DNA of 64,000 nt from positions 32-64,031 of the IMG/VR virus record IMGVR_UViG_3300037471_000673, one strand, 5' to 3'. The translations under genes were made by a program, and so were the position numbers. Under the pieces are notes generated by a model, which did no database searches, was not told the origin of the DNA, and saw nothing but the letters and a program-made list of their open reading frames with translations. Below are positions 53,610-62,810 of this stretch, piece by piece (the stretch's first letter is position 1; the number at the start of each line of letters is the position of its first letter). This stretch comes from a virus. Lineage: Duplodnaviria; Caudoviricetes.

Positions 53610-54767
53610 ATGGCGACATCAAACCTTTGCGCACCCGCTGCGGTGCGACTCACGCTCCGGTTCCCGTTCTGGACCGAGGTCTTCTACAGCATGCAGGTGC
53701 ATGCGCTCAGTGAAGACGACCCACTGGCTGCTGAAATCCAAACACAGGGGACAGACGGGCGCAACCTGTGGATCAACTCGAAGTTCTTCAAGTCGATCCC
53801 GCTGGACCAGCAGGTCGCCGAGCTGGTGCACGAGCTGGGGCACAAGATTTTCCTGCACCCCTCTCGCCGGGGCACGCGTGACCCCAAGCTGTGGAACATC
53901 GCGTGCGACTATGCCATCAACGCGATGATGAAGAAAAACGGCTTCCCCATCGAGCAGTATGGCGACTGGCTGCTGGACATGAAGTACGAAGGGTGGCTCG
54001 CCGAGCGCATCTACGCCGACCTGCTCAAGCAGCAGAAGGAGCAAGGTGGCGGCAGCGGCAAGGGCATGCCGCAACTGGCACCCGGGCGCGCAGACCTGAA
54101 GGACACGCAGGGCACGGCCGAAGAGGTCGAGCGCTTCGAGTCCGAGACCAAGGCGATGGTCGACCGTGCGATGGCTGCGGCCAAGGCGATGGGCAAACTC
54201 CCCGCGGGCATCGAGCAAGGCGTCATCAAGACGTTCGAGCCGGCGCGCGAGCCTTGGTACAACCACCTGCAGCGGTACATGCAGTCCCTCGCCTCGTCGG
54301 CCTACGACTGGGCCCGGCCCAACCGGCGCACGCTGATGACGCATGGCATGTTCTCGCCGATGCATCTGAGCGATGCGCTGGGGGACGTGGCCATCTTCAT
54401 CGACACCTCGGGCTCGTGCTACGCGAAGGCGCAGCAGGCGAACTTCTCGGCGCACCTGAACGCGATCCTCTCCGAAGCCAAGCCGCGCAAGGTGTACCTG
54501 TACGACTTCGATGCGCGGGTCTATCCGGCCGGCGAGATCGAAGCGGGCGAGATCGAGATGACGCGCAAGCCCCGGGGCGGGGGCGGCACATCGTTCGTGC
54601 CGATCTTCGAGCAGCTGGAAAAAGACGGCATCACGCCGGATGTGTGCATCATCCTGACGGACCTGATGGGCACGTTCCCCCATCGCGAGCCCGAGTACCC
54701 GGTCGTGTGGGCATCGATCATCGACGAGACCGCGCCGTTCGGAGACACGATCCATGTTGCAGACTGA
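53610..54767 (+). CDS. DUF2201-type metallopeptidase-vWA protein
   Basis: TDGRNL...HELGH...WNIACDYAIN (zincin) and FIDTSGS...LTD (MIDAS). Confidence 0.88.
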   Translation: MATSNLCAPAAVRLTLRFPFWTEVFYSMQVHALSEDDPLAAEIQTQGTDGRNLWINSKFFKSIPLDQQVAELVHELGHKIFLHPSRRGTRDPKLWNIACDYAINAMMKKNGFPIEQYGDWLLDMKYEGWLAERIYADLLKQQKEQGGGSGKGMPQLAPGRADLKDTQGTAEEVERFESETKAMVDRAMAAAKAMGKLPAGIEQGVIKTFEPAREPWYNHLQRYMQSLASSAYDWARPNRRTLMTHGMFSPMHLSDALGDVAIFIDTSGSCYAKAQQANFSAHLNAILSEAKPRKVYLYDFDARVYPAGEIEAGEIEMTRKPRGGGGTSFVPIFEQLEKDGITPDVCIILTDLMGTFPHREPEYPVVWASIIDETAPFGDTIHVAD

Positions 54768-55083
54768 ATCGGCTACTGCGTGGACAGTGGAAGACGAGGC
54801 CGACTGGCTGCGTCGCTTGGAACGCGAGGAAGTGGTCAAGAACATGCCGATCGACACCCTGCGTGCACACCTCGCGGTGCAGGGCTGGGTGCCGGTGGAA
54901 GCTACGAGGCAGGCGCTGCAGCGCGGGTGCGAGCGGGTCATGATCATCGAGCATCAACGCGGATTGTCATGCGGCTACTACACGCATCCACACGAGTTGC
55001 CTCGGGTCGAAGTGCCGTGGGATTCGATCCCTACGCCTCGCCTGCGAATGATGGCGGTCAAGATTGCGGGGGTGTTCTCATGA
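54754..55083 (+). CDS. Small LxLHGW-family protein
   Basis: LRAHLAVQGWVP. Confidence 0.7.
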   Translation: MLQTESATAWTVEDEADWLRRLEREEVVKNMPIDTLRAHLAVQGWVPVEATRQALQRGCERVMIIEHQRGLSCGYYTHPHELPRVEVPWDSIPTPRLRMMAVKIAGVFS

Positions 55084-55451
55084 CACCGACACGAGCCGAA
55101 CGCCGGGCGCAGCTGATCGCGTCGTTCGCCTTGCATGGGTGGGCACCGTACAGCGCGATGTTTCGTGGCCAGCCTGTCTTGCACGAAGTGGTGCTGTGCG
55201 ACGAGGACGGCGCTGTTCTGCGGTACCTGCGCGGGAAAGGGGCGATCTACGGCAAGTTCAAGGGGAAGCCGGAGCAGCTGGCGCGCCGACAGCCGCGCGA
55301 ATGGAACGACAAAGACCTCACGCTGCCGAAGCTGGAAGCCCTGTACGAACGGCTTGTCATGAAACTGACCGACGACGCCGCGAAGGAACGCGCCAAGCAG
55401 GCATTCGCATCATGCGAGCATGAGACGTTCGATGCGGGGGCACGGCGATGA
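55080..55451 (+). CDS. Small LxLHGW-family protein
   Basis: IASFALHGWAP. Confidence 0.7.
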   Translation: MTPTRAERRAQLIASFALHGWAPYSAMFRGQPVLHEVVLCDEDGAVLRYLRGKGAIYGKFKGKPEQLARRQPREWNDKDLTLPKLEALYERLVMKLTDDAAKERAKQAFASCEHETFDAGARR

Positions 55452-55813
55452 AGCACACTCGGCGCAAGGCGAGGCAGGCGCAGCGCCGTGCCAAACGCGA
55501 TGTGATGCAGAACACCATGGTGCTGCATGGATGGGTGCCGGTGCAACTTAATACGCAGTACGGCATCTACAACGCGGACAGCAAAAGGCTGGTGCTGCGT
55601 AAGTGGGTGACCAAAGCGATGTCGGCATTTCCCTACCCTGCTCACCCCCGGCGTTACTTCGCACCGAAGTCGAGCGCCGGCACATGGGTGTACGAGTGTA
55701 CGACGCTGTGGTCTGTAACACCATTCAACGGCACCGAGGTGACGTGGGGCGCACTGCAAGCTGCGTGGGTGCGCGCGCTGCGGTCTCGTGCCATGCAGGA
55801 GGGCTGGCTGTGA
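55448..55813 (+). CDS. Small LxLHGW-family protein
   Basis: NTMVLHGWVP. Confidence 0.7.
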   Translation: MKHTRRKARQAQRRAKRDVMQNTMVLHGWVPVQLNTQYGIYNADSKRLVLRKWVTKAMSAFPYPAHPRRYFAPKSSAGTWVYECTTLWSVTPFNGTEVTWGALQAAWVRALRSRAMQEGWL

Positions 55814-56157
55814 TCATCGTCTCACCCGAGCGCGGTATCAACGTCACGCGCGAGCAGATGGAAGCGCACCTCGCACTGCATGGGTGGAGCCCGGCGGCAG
55901 TCGGGCAAGGCGCTGCGGTCAAGGACGAAGAGATTGTGTACGCTTTCGACTTTCTCGATAACGGCGCCAACACGGGGCGCGTATTAATTGGTCACTGCAC
56001 GATCTCTGGACTGAACCTGAACCTTCCGGCAAAATGGGGAGTTGCAGGTGCAACTAAGCTCGATACCAAACGTCTCGACGACTGGCTTTTCAGCGACAAA
56101 TACTTCTGGCCGATCGCACACAAGTGCGTCGCACTCGATAGCAAAGGACTGACATGA
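55810..56157 (+). CDS. Small LxLHGW-family protein
   Basis: MEAHLALHGWSP. Confidence 0.7.
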   Translation: MIIVSPERGINVTREQMEAHLALHGWSPAAVGQGAAVKDEEIVYAFDFLDNGANTGRVLIGHCTISGLNLNLPAKWGVAGATKLDTKRLDDWLFSDKYFWPIAHKCVALDSKGLT

Positions 56158-56429
56158 GCACTCTCGAACAACGAACCGCCGAAACTCTGGAGCGTGTCAT
56201 ACGCATGGAGTCCCGGCTCGTGCAGCTGGGCGACCATGTCGGCGCCAACCTGCGAACCAAACAGCGAATCGTGATCACGCGTGACATCGACGGCGTGCAC
56301 GTGGGCATCGACTCGCTGGACGTATCCATCTCGCGCATCCTCTCGGAGCTGCAGCGCGATGGTGTTCCCGCGCGCGGAGAAGTTGACGTGTGGCACGACA
56401 ACCGACGCGTAATCACCCTGTACCTCTGA
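56154..56429 (+). CDS. Hypothetical protein
   Basis: AAAGGA RBS; coupled. Confidence 0.7.
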   Translation: MSTLEQRTAETLERVIRMESRLVQLGDHVGANLRTKQRIVITRDIDGVHVGIDSLDVSISRILSELQRDGVPARGEVDVWHDNRRVITLYL

Positions 56430-56439
56430 AAGACCAACC

Positions 56440-56892
56440 ATGAGCGATTCGCCCAGCAACCCCGCCGATACCCCCACCGAACAAGCCCCCATGCCCGAAG
56501 GCGAAGCCAAGGAGGAACTGCGTAAGCTCGCCCCTGTGCTCGGGGCGGTGGGCGGCAACGCCGCGTCGGCCATCATGACCAACCCGCGCCTCGCACAATA
56601 CAACGCGCTGGAGCAGCCCGAGCGCATCAAGCATGTGGTCGACCAGCTGCCCGGTCTCGTGGGCGCGATCGACCACGCGCTGCACGATCAGGTCGGGCGC
56701 AGCTTCCCGTTCGTGCTGCTGATCTTCGCTGAAGACGTGGCGCTGCACTCGGCGAACTTCCAGCCGGACGTGGCGCGCAACGCCGTGATCGAGCTGGCCC
56801 AGCGCTGGGACTCGGGCGACGAGGCTGTGCTCGAAGAAGGTGGCGCAGGTGATGCGGCCAATGATAACGGCCCGACCGAAACGACGCACTGA
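56440..56892 (+). CDS. Hypothetical protein
   Basis: Operon-consistent ORF. Confidence 0.7.
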   Translation: MSDSPSNPADTPTEQAPMPEGEAKEELRKLAPVLGAVGGNAASAIMTNPRLAQYNALEQPERIKHVVDQLPGLVGAIDHALHDQVGRSFPFVLLIFAEDVALHSANFQPDVARNAVIELAQRWDSGDEAVLEEGGAGDAANDNGPTETTH

Positions 56893-56903
56893 AGGCAGCG
56901 CAC

Positions 56904-57353
56904 ATGCTCCTGATGGAGTGGCATCAGAAGGTGACTGGGGTCGAGCCGCGCAAGGTCGAGCCCAGTCTGCCTGACATCCTGCGGTTCTCGTTCGGGGAAA
57001 ACTACGTCGTGCACATGCGAGACGGACGCAGCTTCGAGGACAAGAGCCTTGAGCCCGTCCTGTCCGTGATGCTCGACGAGTTCCACGTCTACAACACCAC
57101 CAAGGTGTTGCGGGGCGGCGCCGCGTCGCTGTTCCCGCTGGTGGAGCTGTTCGATGTCGGCCGGCCAACGCGCAGCGATCCACTCGGCCAGCGGGGGCGC
57201 CGCTCCATGGTGGTGTCGGTGGTGACAAAGAAAGAACTTCGCGAGGGCCTGCCCCCACCGGACATCGAGTGCGTGGTGCAGCAGGTGCGCGAAGCCGTGA
57301 CAATGTTCAGCCTGACCGGCGAGTGGGACACGCTCGCCAAGAGTAACTTGTAA
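56904..57353 (+). CDS. Hypothetical protein
   Basis: Operon-consistent ORF. Confidence 0.65.
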   Translation: MLLMEWHQKVTGVEPRKVEPSLPDILRFSFGENYVVHMRDGRSFEDKSLEPVLSVMLDEFHVYNTTKVLRGGAASLFPLVELFDVGRPTRSDPLGQRGRRSMVVSVVTKKELREGLPPPDIECVVQQVREAVTMFSLTGEWDTLAKSNL

Positions 57354-57364
57354 GGAGAAACGAA

Positions 57365-57823
57365 ATGACAGAAGCAGTCAAACCCACATTCCTGCACAAC
57401 GGCGTGACCATCACGCTTGAAGCCAGCGGCAGGTTTAGCGCCATGGCACCGGACGGGCGCATCACCTCGGGATCGCTGGAAGGGATCAAGAAGGCGTTGG
57501 ACAAGAAGGGCACGTTCGCGACCTTCAAGGCGTTCACGATCTTCCACAGCTACCGCAGCTTGGAGCTGCAGGAGCTGACGGTCATCGGCGTCGTCGAGCC
57601 CAAGCGCCACTTCGGGCACCGCTCGTGGAAAGTGCAGGATAGCTCCGGGCGGCTGCGCGACATCTCCGAGGTGTTCGAGGATACCGCCGCGAATCGCGCC
57701 GCAGCGCAGGCGTACATAGACATGGTCAAGGAGCACCGCAAGGTGCGCGACGAACAGGAGCAGGCCGAAGCGGAGGCTCGGACGAAGATCAAGTCGCGTG
57801 AGCCGGAGAAGAAAGCGGCGTAA
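57365..57823 (+). CDS. Hypothetical protein
   Basis: AAGGAGA RBS. Confidence 0.75.
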   Translation: MTEAVKPTFLHNGVTITLEASGRFSAMAPDGRITSGSLEGIKKALDKKGTFATFKAFTIFHSYRSLELQELTVIGVVEPKRHFGHRSWKVQDSSGRLRDISEVFEDTAANRAAAQAYIDMVKEHRKVRDEQEQAEAEARTKIKSREPEKKAA

Positions 57824-58065
57824 TGGCCATCGTTCTTGCCAAGACGCTGCGCGAGGAGCTGTGCGAGATGGCGCAGCGCACGCGCGCAGCGTGCCGACGC
57901 AATGGTGTCGGTGCGTCCGAGACTGTGCGGATTAATGCGCACGAAGTGACGACCAACGCGCTGTGGAAAAACGGCCGGGGGCAATCCCAGTGCGTGGTCT
58001 GCACGTTCGAGTTGGATGGCAGGCGCCTTGGGTTCAACGCGCTGCTTGGTAAGCTCGAAAAATAA
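57823..58065 (+). CDS. Hypothetical protein
   Basis: TAATG coupling. Confidence 0.6.
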   Translation: MAIVLAKTLREELCEMAQRTRAACRRNGVGASETVRINAHEVTTNALWKNGRGQSQCVVCTFELDGRRLGFNALLGKLEK

Positions 58066-58087
58066 GACACTTCGTTGGAGCAACAGA

Positions 58088-60025
58088 TTGTCCAGTGCCC
58101 CTGACATCCTGACCCTCGACTTCGAGACGTTCTACGGTGACGGCTACACGTTGTCGTCGATGACGACCGAAGAGTACGTGCGTGATTCTCGCTTCGAGAC
58201 GATCCTGTGCGGCTTCAAGATCAACAACACGCAGGGGTACTACGCGGTCGGACATGACAATGTGGCCTACGCCCTGCGCGACCTGAACATATCCAAGCGC
58301 GCCGTGCTCGCGCACCACGCTCACTTCGATGGGCTGATCCTGTCGCATCACTACGGTCACAAGCCCAAGATGTGGCTAGACACGCTGGGCATGGCGCGCC
58401 ACGTGCATGGCGCCAACGCGGGCCTGTCGCTCGCCAAGCTGGCAACGCGTTATGGTATCGGCACCAAGGGTGAGGAAGTGATCAACGCGCGCAACCTGCG
58501 GCTTGCGGACTTCGGGCCCGTGCAACTATCGCGCTACGGGCGATACTGCGTCAACGACTGCGATCTCGAATACGAGCTGTTCCTGCGCCTTGCGCCGCAT
58601 TTCACTCGCAGCGAGCTGATGATCAACGATCAGGTGATCCGCATGTTCACCGAGCCGTGCATGGAGCTGGACGTTGCGATGCTCCACGCCTACGAGATGC
58701 GGCTGAACGCGGAGAAGACCACGCTGATGTTGCAGGCGGGTGTGCAGCGCGCAGACCTGATGTCCAACGACAAGTTCGCGCAGTGCCTGATCGAGCTGGG
58801 CGTGGAGCCGCCCAAGAAAGTCTCGACTGCGTGGCTGAAGAAGACCGAAGCCGAGCGCACGGCAGCGGCAGCGCAGGGCGAGACCGGCATCATCTACGCC
58901 TTCGCCAAGACGGACACCGGCATGCAGTTCCTGCAGGAGCACCCGGACGAGCGCGTGCAGATACTGGTCGAAGCGCGCCTGAAGAACAAGACGACGATCG
59001 CCGAGAAGGGCGCGCAGCGACTGCAGTCCATGGCATCGCGTGGGCGTGCGACGGTCTACCTGAAATACTCCGGCGCGTCGGGCACGCACCGCCTTTCTGG
59101 CGGGGACATGTTCAACTGGCAGTCGATGAAGCGTGGCAGCGATCTGCGCAAGGCCACGATGGCACCGGAAGGCGAGGTGTGCATCGTGGCCGACTCCTCC
59201 ACCATCGAGGCACGCTGGCTCGATTGGCTCTCGGGGCAGGACGACATGGTGGAGGTGTACCGCAAGGCCGATCGCAAGGAAGGCCCCGACGTGTACTGCA
59301 CGCTGGCCGAGCGTATCTACAAGCGGCCGGTCATCAAGAGCGAGCACCCGCAGGAGCGCCAGATGGGCAAGGTCTCCAAGCTGGGGCTGGGCTTTGGCAT
59401 GGGCCCCAACAAGTTCGTGTTCGCCGTGCGTGCGCAGGCCAAGGACACCGATGGCAAGCCGCTGATCATCTCGCCCAGCTTCGCCAAGGAAGTGGTGGGC
59501 ATCTATCGCGAGGCGCACCCACAGGTCAAGAAGTTGTGGAAGCGCGGTGAAGAAGCTCTGGGCATGATTGCCGAGGGCGTGGTCGGTGTGAATGTCGACT
59601 ACCGCGGGCTCGTGCGTACCTGCGAAGATGGGCTCGTGCTGCCCGGTGGCATCCGCATCCACTACCCGGACTTGAAGCGCGTCAAGACAACGGGCGGCGT
59701 GTTCGAGTTCGAGTGGGAGTTCTGGAACGGCAAGATGCGCGAGCGCATCTACGGCGCCAAGGTGATTGAGAACATCATCCAGTGCCTCGCACGCACCACC
59801 GTGTTCTACCAATGCCTGAAGACGGCCGGCGAAGTGCGTCATACAGGAACGCGTTGGGCACACAGCATGCACGACGAGGGCATCTTCGTCGGGCCCGAGT
59901 TCACCGCGCCGTGGGTGCAGGAGCGCCTGATGGCGAACTTCCGCACCTCGCCGGAGTACGCACAGACCCTGCCTCTGAATTGCGAGGCGGGATTCCACCG
60001 CAGATATGGATTGGCGAAGTCATGA
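58088..60025 (+). CDS. polA: Family A DNA polymerase with 3'-5' exonuclease
   Basis: LDFETFY (ExoI), AHHAHFDG (ExoII), DSSTIEAR (motif A), RQMGKVSKLGLGFG (motif B), MHDE (motif C); TTG start after GGAG. Confidence 0.92.
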   Translation: MSSAPDILTLDFETFYGDGYTLSSMTTEEYVRDSRFETILCGFKINNTQGYYAVGHDNVAYALRDLNISKRAVLAHHAHFDGLILSHHYGHKPKMWLDTLGMARHVHGANAGLSLAKLATRYGIGTKGEEVINARNLRLADFGPVQLSRYGRYCVNDCDLEYELFLRLAPHFTRSELMINDQVIRMFTEPCMELDVAMLHAYEMRLNAEKTTLMLQAGVQRADLMSNDKFAQCLIELGVEPPKKVSTAWLKKTEAERTAAAAQGETGIIYAFAKTDTGMQFLQEHPDERVQILVEARLKNKTTIAEKGAQRLQSMASRGRATVYLKYSGASGTHRLSGGDMFNWQSMKRGSDLRKATMAPEGEVCIVADSSTIEARWLDWLSGQDDMVEVYRKADRKEGPDVYCTLAERIYKRPVIKSEHPQERQMGKVSKLGLGFGMGPNKFVFAVRAQAKDTDGKPLIISPSFAKEVVGIYREAHPQVKKLWKRGEEALGMIAEGVVGVNVDYRGLVRTCEDGLVLPGGIRIHYPDLKRVKTTGGVFEFEWEFWNGKMRERIYGAKVIENIIQCLARTTVFYQCLKTAGEVRHTGTRWAHSMHDEGIFVGPEFTAPWVQERLMANFRTSPEYAQTLPLNCEAGFHRRYGLAKS

Positions 60026-60051
60026 CCTCGTACAACTACTAGGAGAAATAA

Positions 60052-60234
60052 TTGCACACGCCTCACGAAAACGCCTTGCGTAAACTACCTCAGCCGACGA
60101 TACTTGCACTTGCAGAAAGCCTGCGCACGGTAGCCAGTGCGAAGATCGCTGCAGGCTATGTGCCCACTGCGCGCGAAGCGCAGATCATGGAGCAATCGAA
60201 GAAATTTTTTGCAACCAACCGGAGCCAGAAATGA
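60052..60234 (+). CDS. Hypothetical protein
   Basis: TAGGAGA RBS; TTG start. Confidence 0.55.
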   Translation: MHTPHENALRKLPQPTILALAESLRTVASAKIAAGYVPTAREAQIMEQSKKFFATNRSQK

Positions 60235-60548
60235 TCCCTGAAGATATGTCCCCAACGCCGTCCCCCGCGCCAACAACTACCACACCGGAAGTCCAAGCCA
60301 TCGAGACCACCGTGACGCAGACCTTCGCGAATGACGCGGTCGCCCCGATCGCCACAGCCGATGCCGTCATGACCGATCCCGATGCCGCTCCGCAGTTCAC
60401 GGCTGCGCCAGCTCCCACGATCAACATCTCCGCGGCCGCTGCCAAGCTGAATGTGATGGAGCAGCATGCGCTGTTCTGGGGTGGTGAAGTCGGCACGGCG
60501 ATGCGCAACCACATCAACGAGCTGCGCGCGCTGCTCGGGCTGGTGTAA
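60231..60548 (+). CDS. Hypothetical protein, T/A/P-rich
   Basis: Coupled start. Confidence 0.7.
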   Translation: MIPEDMSPTPSPAPTTTTPEVQAIETTVTQTFANDAVAPIATADAVMTDPDAAPQFTAAPAPTINISAAAAKLNVMEQHALFWGGEVGTAMRNHINELRALLGLV

Positions 60549-60559
60549 GGAGTCCCGGC

Positions 60560-60763
60560 ATGGCATGGTTCTTGGAGTCGACCAAGGCGCCGGGCCTTGC
60601 GTTCGAGATCGTCAAGCTGGATCGGACCACCATGCGCGCCACGCTCAAGGGGCAAACCGGCGTGCCCTTCGAGCGCAGCATCGCGCAGGAAGAACTGGAC
60701 AAGTACGGCTACAAGATCGTCAAGCGCGAGCCAGCGCCTGCAACACAAGGCGCCAACCTGTGA
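60560..60763 (+). CDS. Hypothetical protein
   Basis: AAGGAG RBS. Confidence 0.75.
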   Translation: MAWFLESTKAPGLAFEIVKLDRTTMRATLKGQTGVPFERSIAQEELDKYGYKIVKREPAPATQGANL

Positions 60764-60960
60764 CCGGGCAGCGGCTGTATCTGGTACATCCCAAGGTGCC
60801 GCCGCTGTTGGTCATCTCGTTCGATAAGGCGTCTCACCATTTCGTTGGTGAGAGAAAAGACGGAAGCCGGTTCGTCGACCCGAACTTTCACATCGACATC
60901 GTCAAGCGCTGCGGCTACAGTTTGACTGTTGAGATACCCAAGGAGTTCGAGCATGCCTAG
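60760..60960 (+). CDS. Hypothetical protein, possible paralogue of the preceding gene
   Basis: GTGA coupling; similar length and motif pattern. Confidence 0.65.
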   Translation: MTGQRLYLVHPKVPPLLVISFDKASHHFVGERKDGSRFVDPNFHIDIVKRCGYSLTVEIPKEFEHA

Positions 60961-61243
60961 CCCCCCCGGATACAAGCGTGACTATGCCCAAGAAAAACGC
61001 ACGAGCGATGCACGCGGCGAGAAGCCCAAGCGCGCGGCGCGCAACCGCGCCCGGCGTGAGCTGATGCATCTGGGCATGGTCCACAAGGGCGACGGCAAGG
61101 ACGTGGATCACAAGACACCGCTGGGAAAAGGCGGCGCCCCCACGAAGCTGTCGAACCTGCGCGTGGAGTCGGCGCACACGAACCGATCGTTCCCGCGCAA
61201 CTCCAGCGGCGGCATGATAGCCAACCACCCGAAGAAAAAATAG
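60953..61243 (+). CDS. HNH endonuclease-like basic protein
   Basis: DGKDVDHKTPL..GG...SNLRV..AH.NRS. Confidence 0.8.
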   Translation: MPSPPGYKRDYAQEKRTSDARGEKPKRAARNRARRELMHLGMVHKGDGKDVDHKTPLGKGGAPTKLSNLRVESAHTNRSFPRNSSGGMIANHPKKK

Positions 61244-61250
61244 TTCCACC

Positions 61251-61517
61251 ATGGACGCCGAAGCGTTCGAGGCGCACCTCGCGCTACATGGGCTTGTGCG
61301 ATATGAGCACGCCAAGCGCAAGAGGCCTCCCGGGGTGATCCAGACGTATGTAGGTGACGACCAGCTACTCGAAATATTCCGCGACCCGCAGTTTGTTCGC
61401 ATTGACCAGTACGGCTCAGAAGCCCTCGCACTTTCTGCGACCCGACGCATTCAGGGGTTCGAGGAGTTCGGCGCTATCGGCAAGTGCATTCTTTACACAC
61501 TAGAAAACAAACGATGA
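61251..61517 (+). CDS. Small LxLHG-family protein
   Basis: FEAHLALHGLV. Confidence 0.65.
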   Translation: MDAEAFEAHLALHGLVRYEHAKRKRPPGVIQTYVGDDQLLEIFRDPQFVRIDQYGSEALALSATRRIQGFEEFGAIGKCILYTLENKR

Positions 61518-62224
61518 CCCGCCCCCTCCCATGGTCGCACAGCTCCTTGGCGAACTTCGACACGTGCCCGCGCCAGTACGAAGAGATCAAGGTGCTGCGC
61601 AACTTCCAAGACCAGAAGAACCCAGCGTCCCTGTGGGGCGACGAGTTCCACCAAGCAGCCGAGGCGTACATCCGTAACTGCATTCTGGGCAAGACCGGCC
61701 AGTGCCCGCTTGGAGGTAGTCACCTTCCTGCCAACATGGTGCAGTACAAGGGATATCTTGACAAGTTCGTCCAGCGTCCCGGCACCACGCTGGTGGAGCA
61801 GGAGTATGCGCTGGACATCAACCTGCGCCCTTGCGCATTCCTTGGCGACGAGGTGTGGGCTCGCGGCATCATCGACGTGCTCAATCTGCAGGGCGTCGTG
61901 GCCAACGTCGATGACCACAAGACGGGCAAGAACCGTAAGAAGGATATGCAGCAGCTGATCATCTTCGCGCTGCTCACGTTCTACCACCATCCGCAGATCG
62001 AGGTGTGTCACGTCGCCTACCACTGGCTGCAGCTGGGTGCGGTGGATATCGAGACGTTCTATCGCCACCAGATCAACGAGCTGTGGGCCACGCTGATCCC
62101 GAAGCTGCAGGACTTCAAGCGTGCGTTCGATCGCGGCGTGTTCCCGCCCAAGCCCAGCGGCCTGTGCAAGAAACACTGCGCCGTCGAAACGTGTGAGTAT
62201 TTCGGCCGCGGGCCGAGGGGGTGA
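61514..62224 (+). CDS. PD-(D/E)XK (Cas4/RecB-like) nuclease
   Basis: WSHSSL..F.TCP, RGIIDVL...DDHKTG...QL, and C-terminal LCKKHC...C forming a split Cys cluster. Confidence 0.88.
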   Translation: MTRPLPWSHSSLANFDTCPRQYEEIKVLRNFQDQKNPASLWGDEFHQAAEAYIRNCILGKTGQCPLGGSHLPANMVQYKGYLDKFVQRPGTTLVEQEYALDINLRPCAFLGDEVWARGIIDVLNLQGVVANVDDHKTGKNRKKDMQQLIIFALLTFYHHPQIEVCHVAYHWLQLGAVDIETFYRHQINELWATLIPKLQDFKRAFDRGVFPPKPSGLCKKHCAVETCEYFGRGPRG

Positions 62225-62502
62225 TCATGCTGGCCGAGTACGTCTCGCGTGAGCAGCGCATTGCCGATCTGGAAATACACGGCTGGAGCCCAGTGCGCGA
62301 CGGGCCGCAGGATGCACGCCGATATCACGGGATATGGAACGACGCACTCCAAGTTGGGTTCGGGTTGTCGCGATCCATGGCGGGGGCGCGGGTCATCAGG
62401 CTAGACCCCGAGTGGGGGCGCGGCGGCCACATTCCATGCACATGGGATGAACTCACTGACAGGCTGCTTGACGCGATTGACGCGAGACTGGCGGAAACAT
62501 GA
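62221..62502 (+). CDS. Small LxIHGW-family protein
   Basis: RIADLEIHGWSP. Confidence 0.7.
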   Translation: MIMLAEYVSREQRIADLEIHGWSPVRDGPQDARRYHGIWNDALQVGFGLSRSMAGARVIRLDPEWGRGGHIPCTWDELTDRLLDAIDARLAET

Positions 62503-62810
62503 ACCGCGACGAGATGATCGCCCATCTGGAGATACACGGGTATAGGCCATTCATCAACCCGTTCGACTGGGCACTGATCTGGAGTGACGTCGAGGAGCGG
62601 GGGCGCATGGCGAAGCATTTCAGTGACGGCGTTAACGGGGCTGGCTGGGACGTGCGGGATGTATCCAGTGACATGGCCCTTATTAGATTTGACGAAACGT
62701 CGTGGGATAAGTTTTCGCAGGCGGTGCTGGAGATGCTGACCACAAAAAATCCCCCGCCCCGATTCGTCCATAACCCCCCATCGACACACGTCGAATATCG
62801 TGACGCCTGA
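62499..62810 (+). CDS. Small LxIHG-family protein
   Basis: MIAHLEIHGYRP. Confidence 0.7.
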   Translation: MNRDEMIAHLEIHGYRPFINPFDWALIWSDVEERGRMAKHFSDGVNGAGWDVRDVSSDMALIRFDETSWDKFSQAVLEMLTTKNPPPRFVHNPPSTHVEYRDA

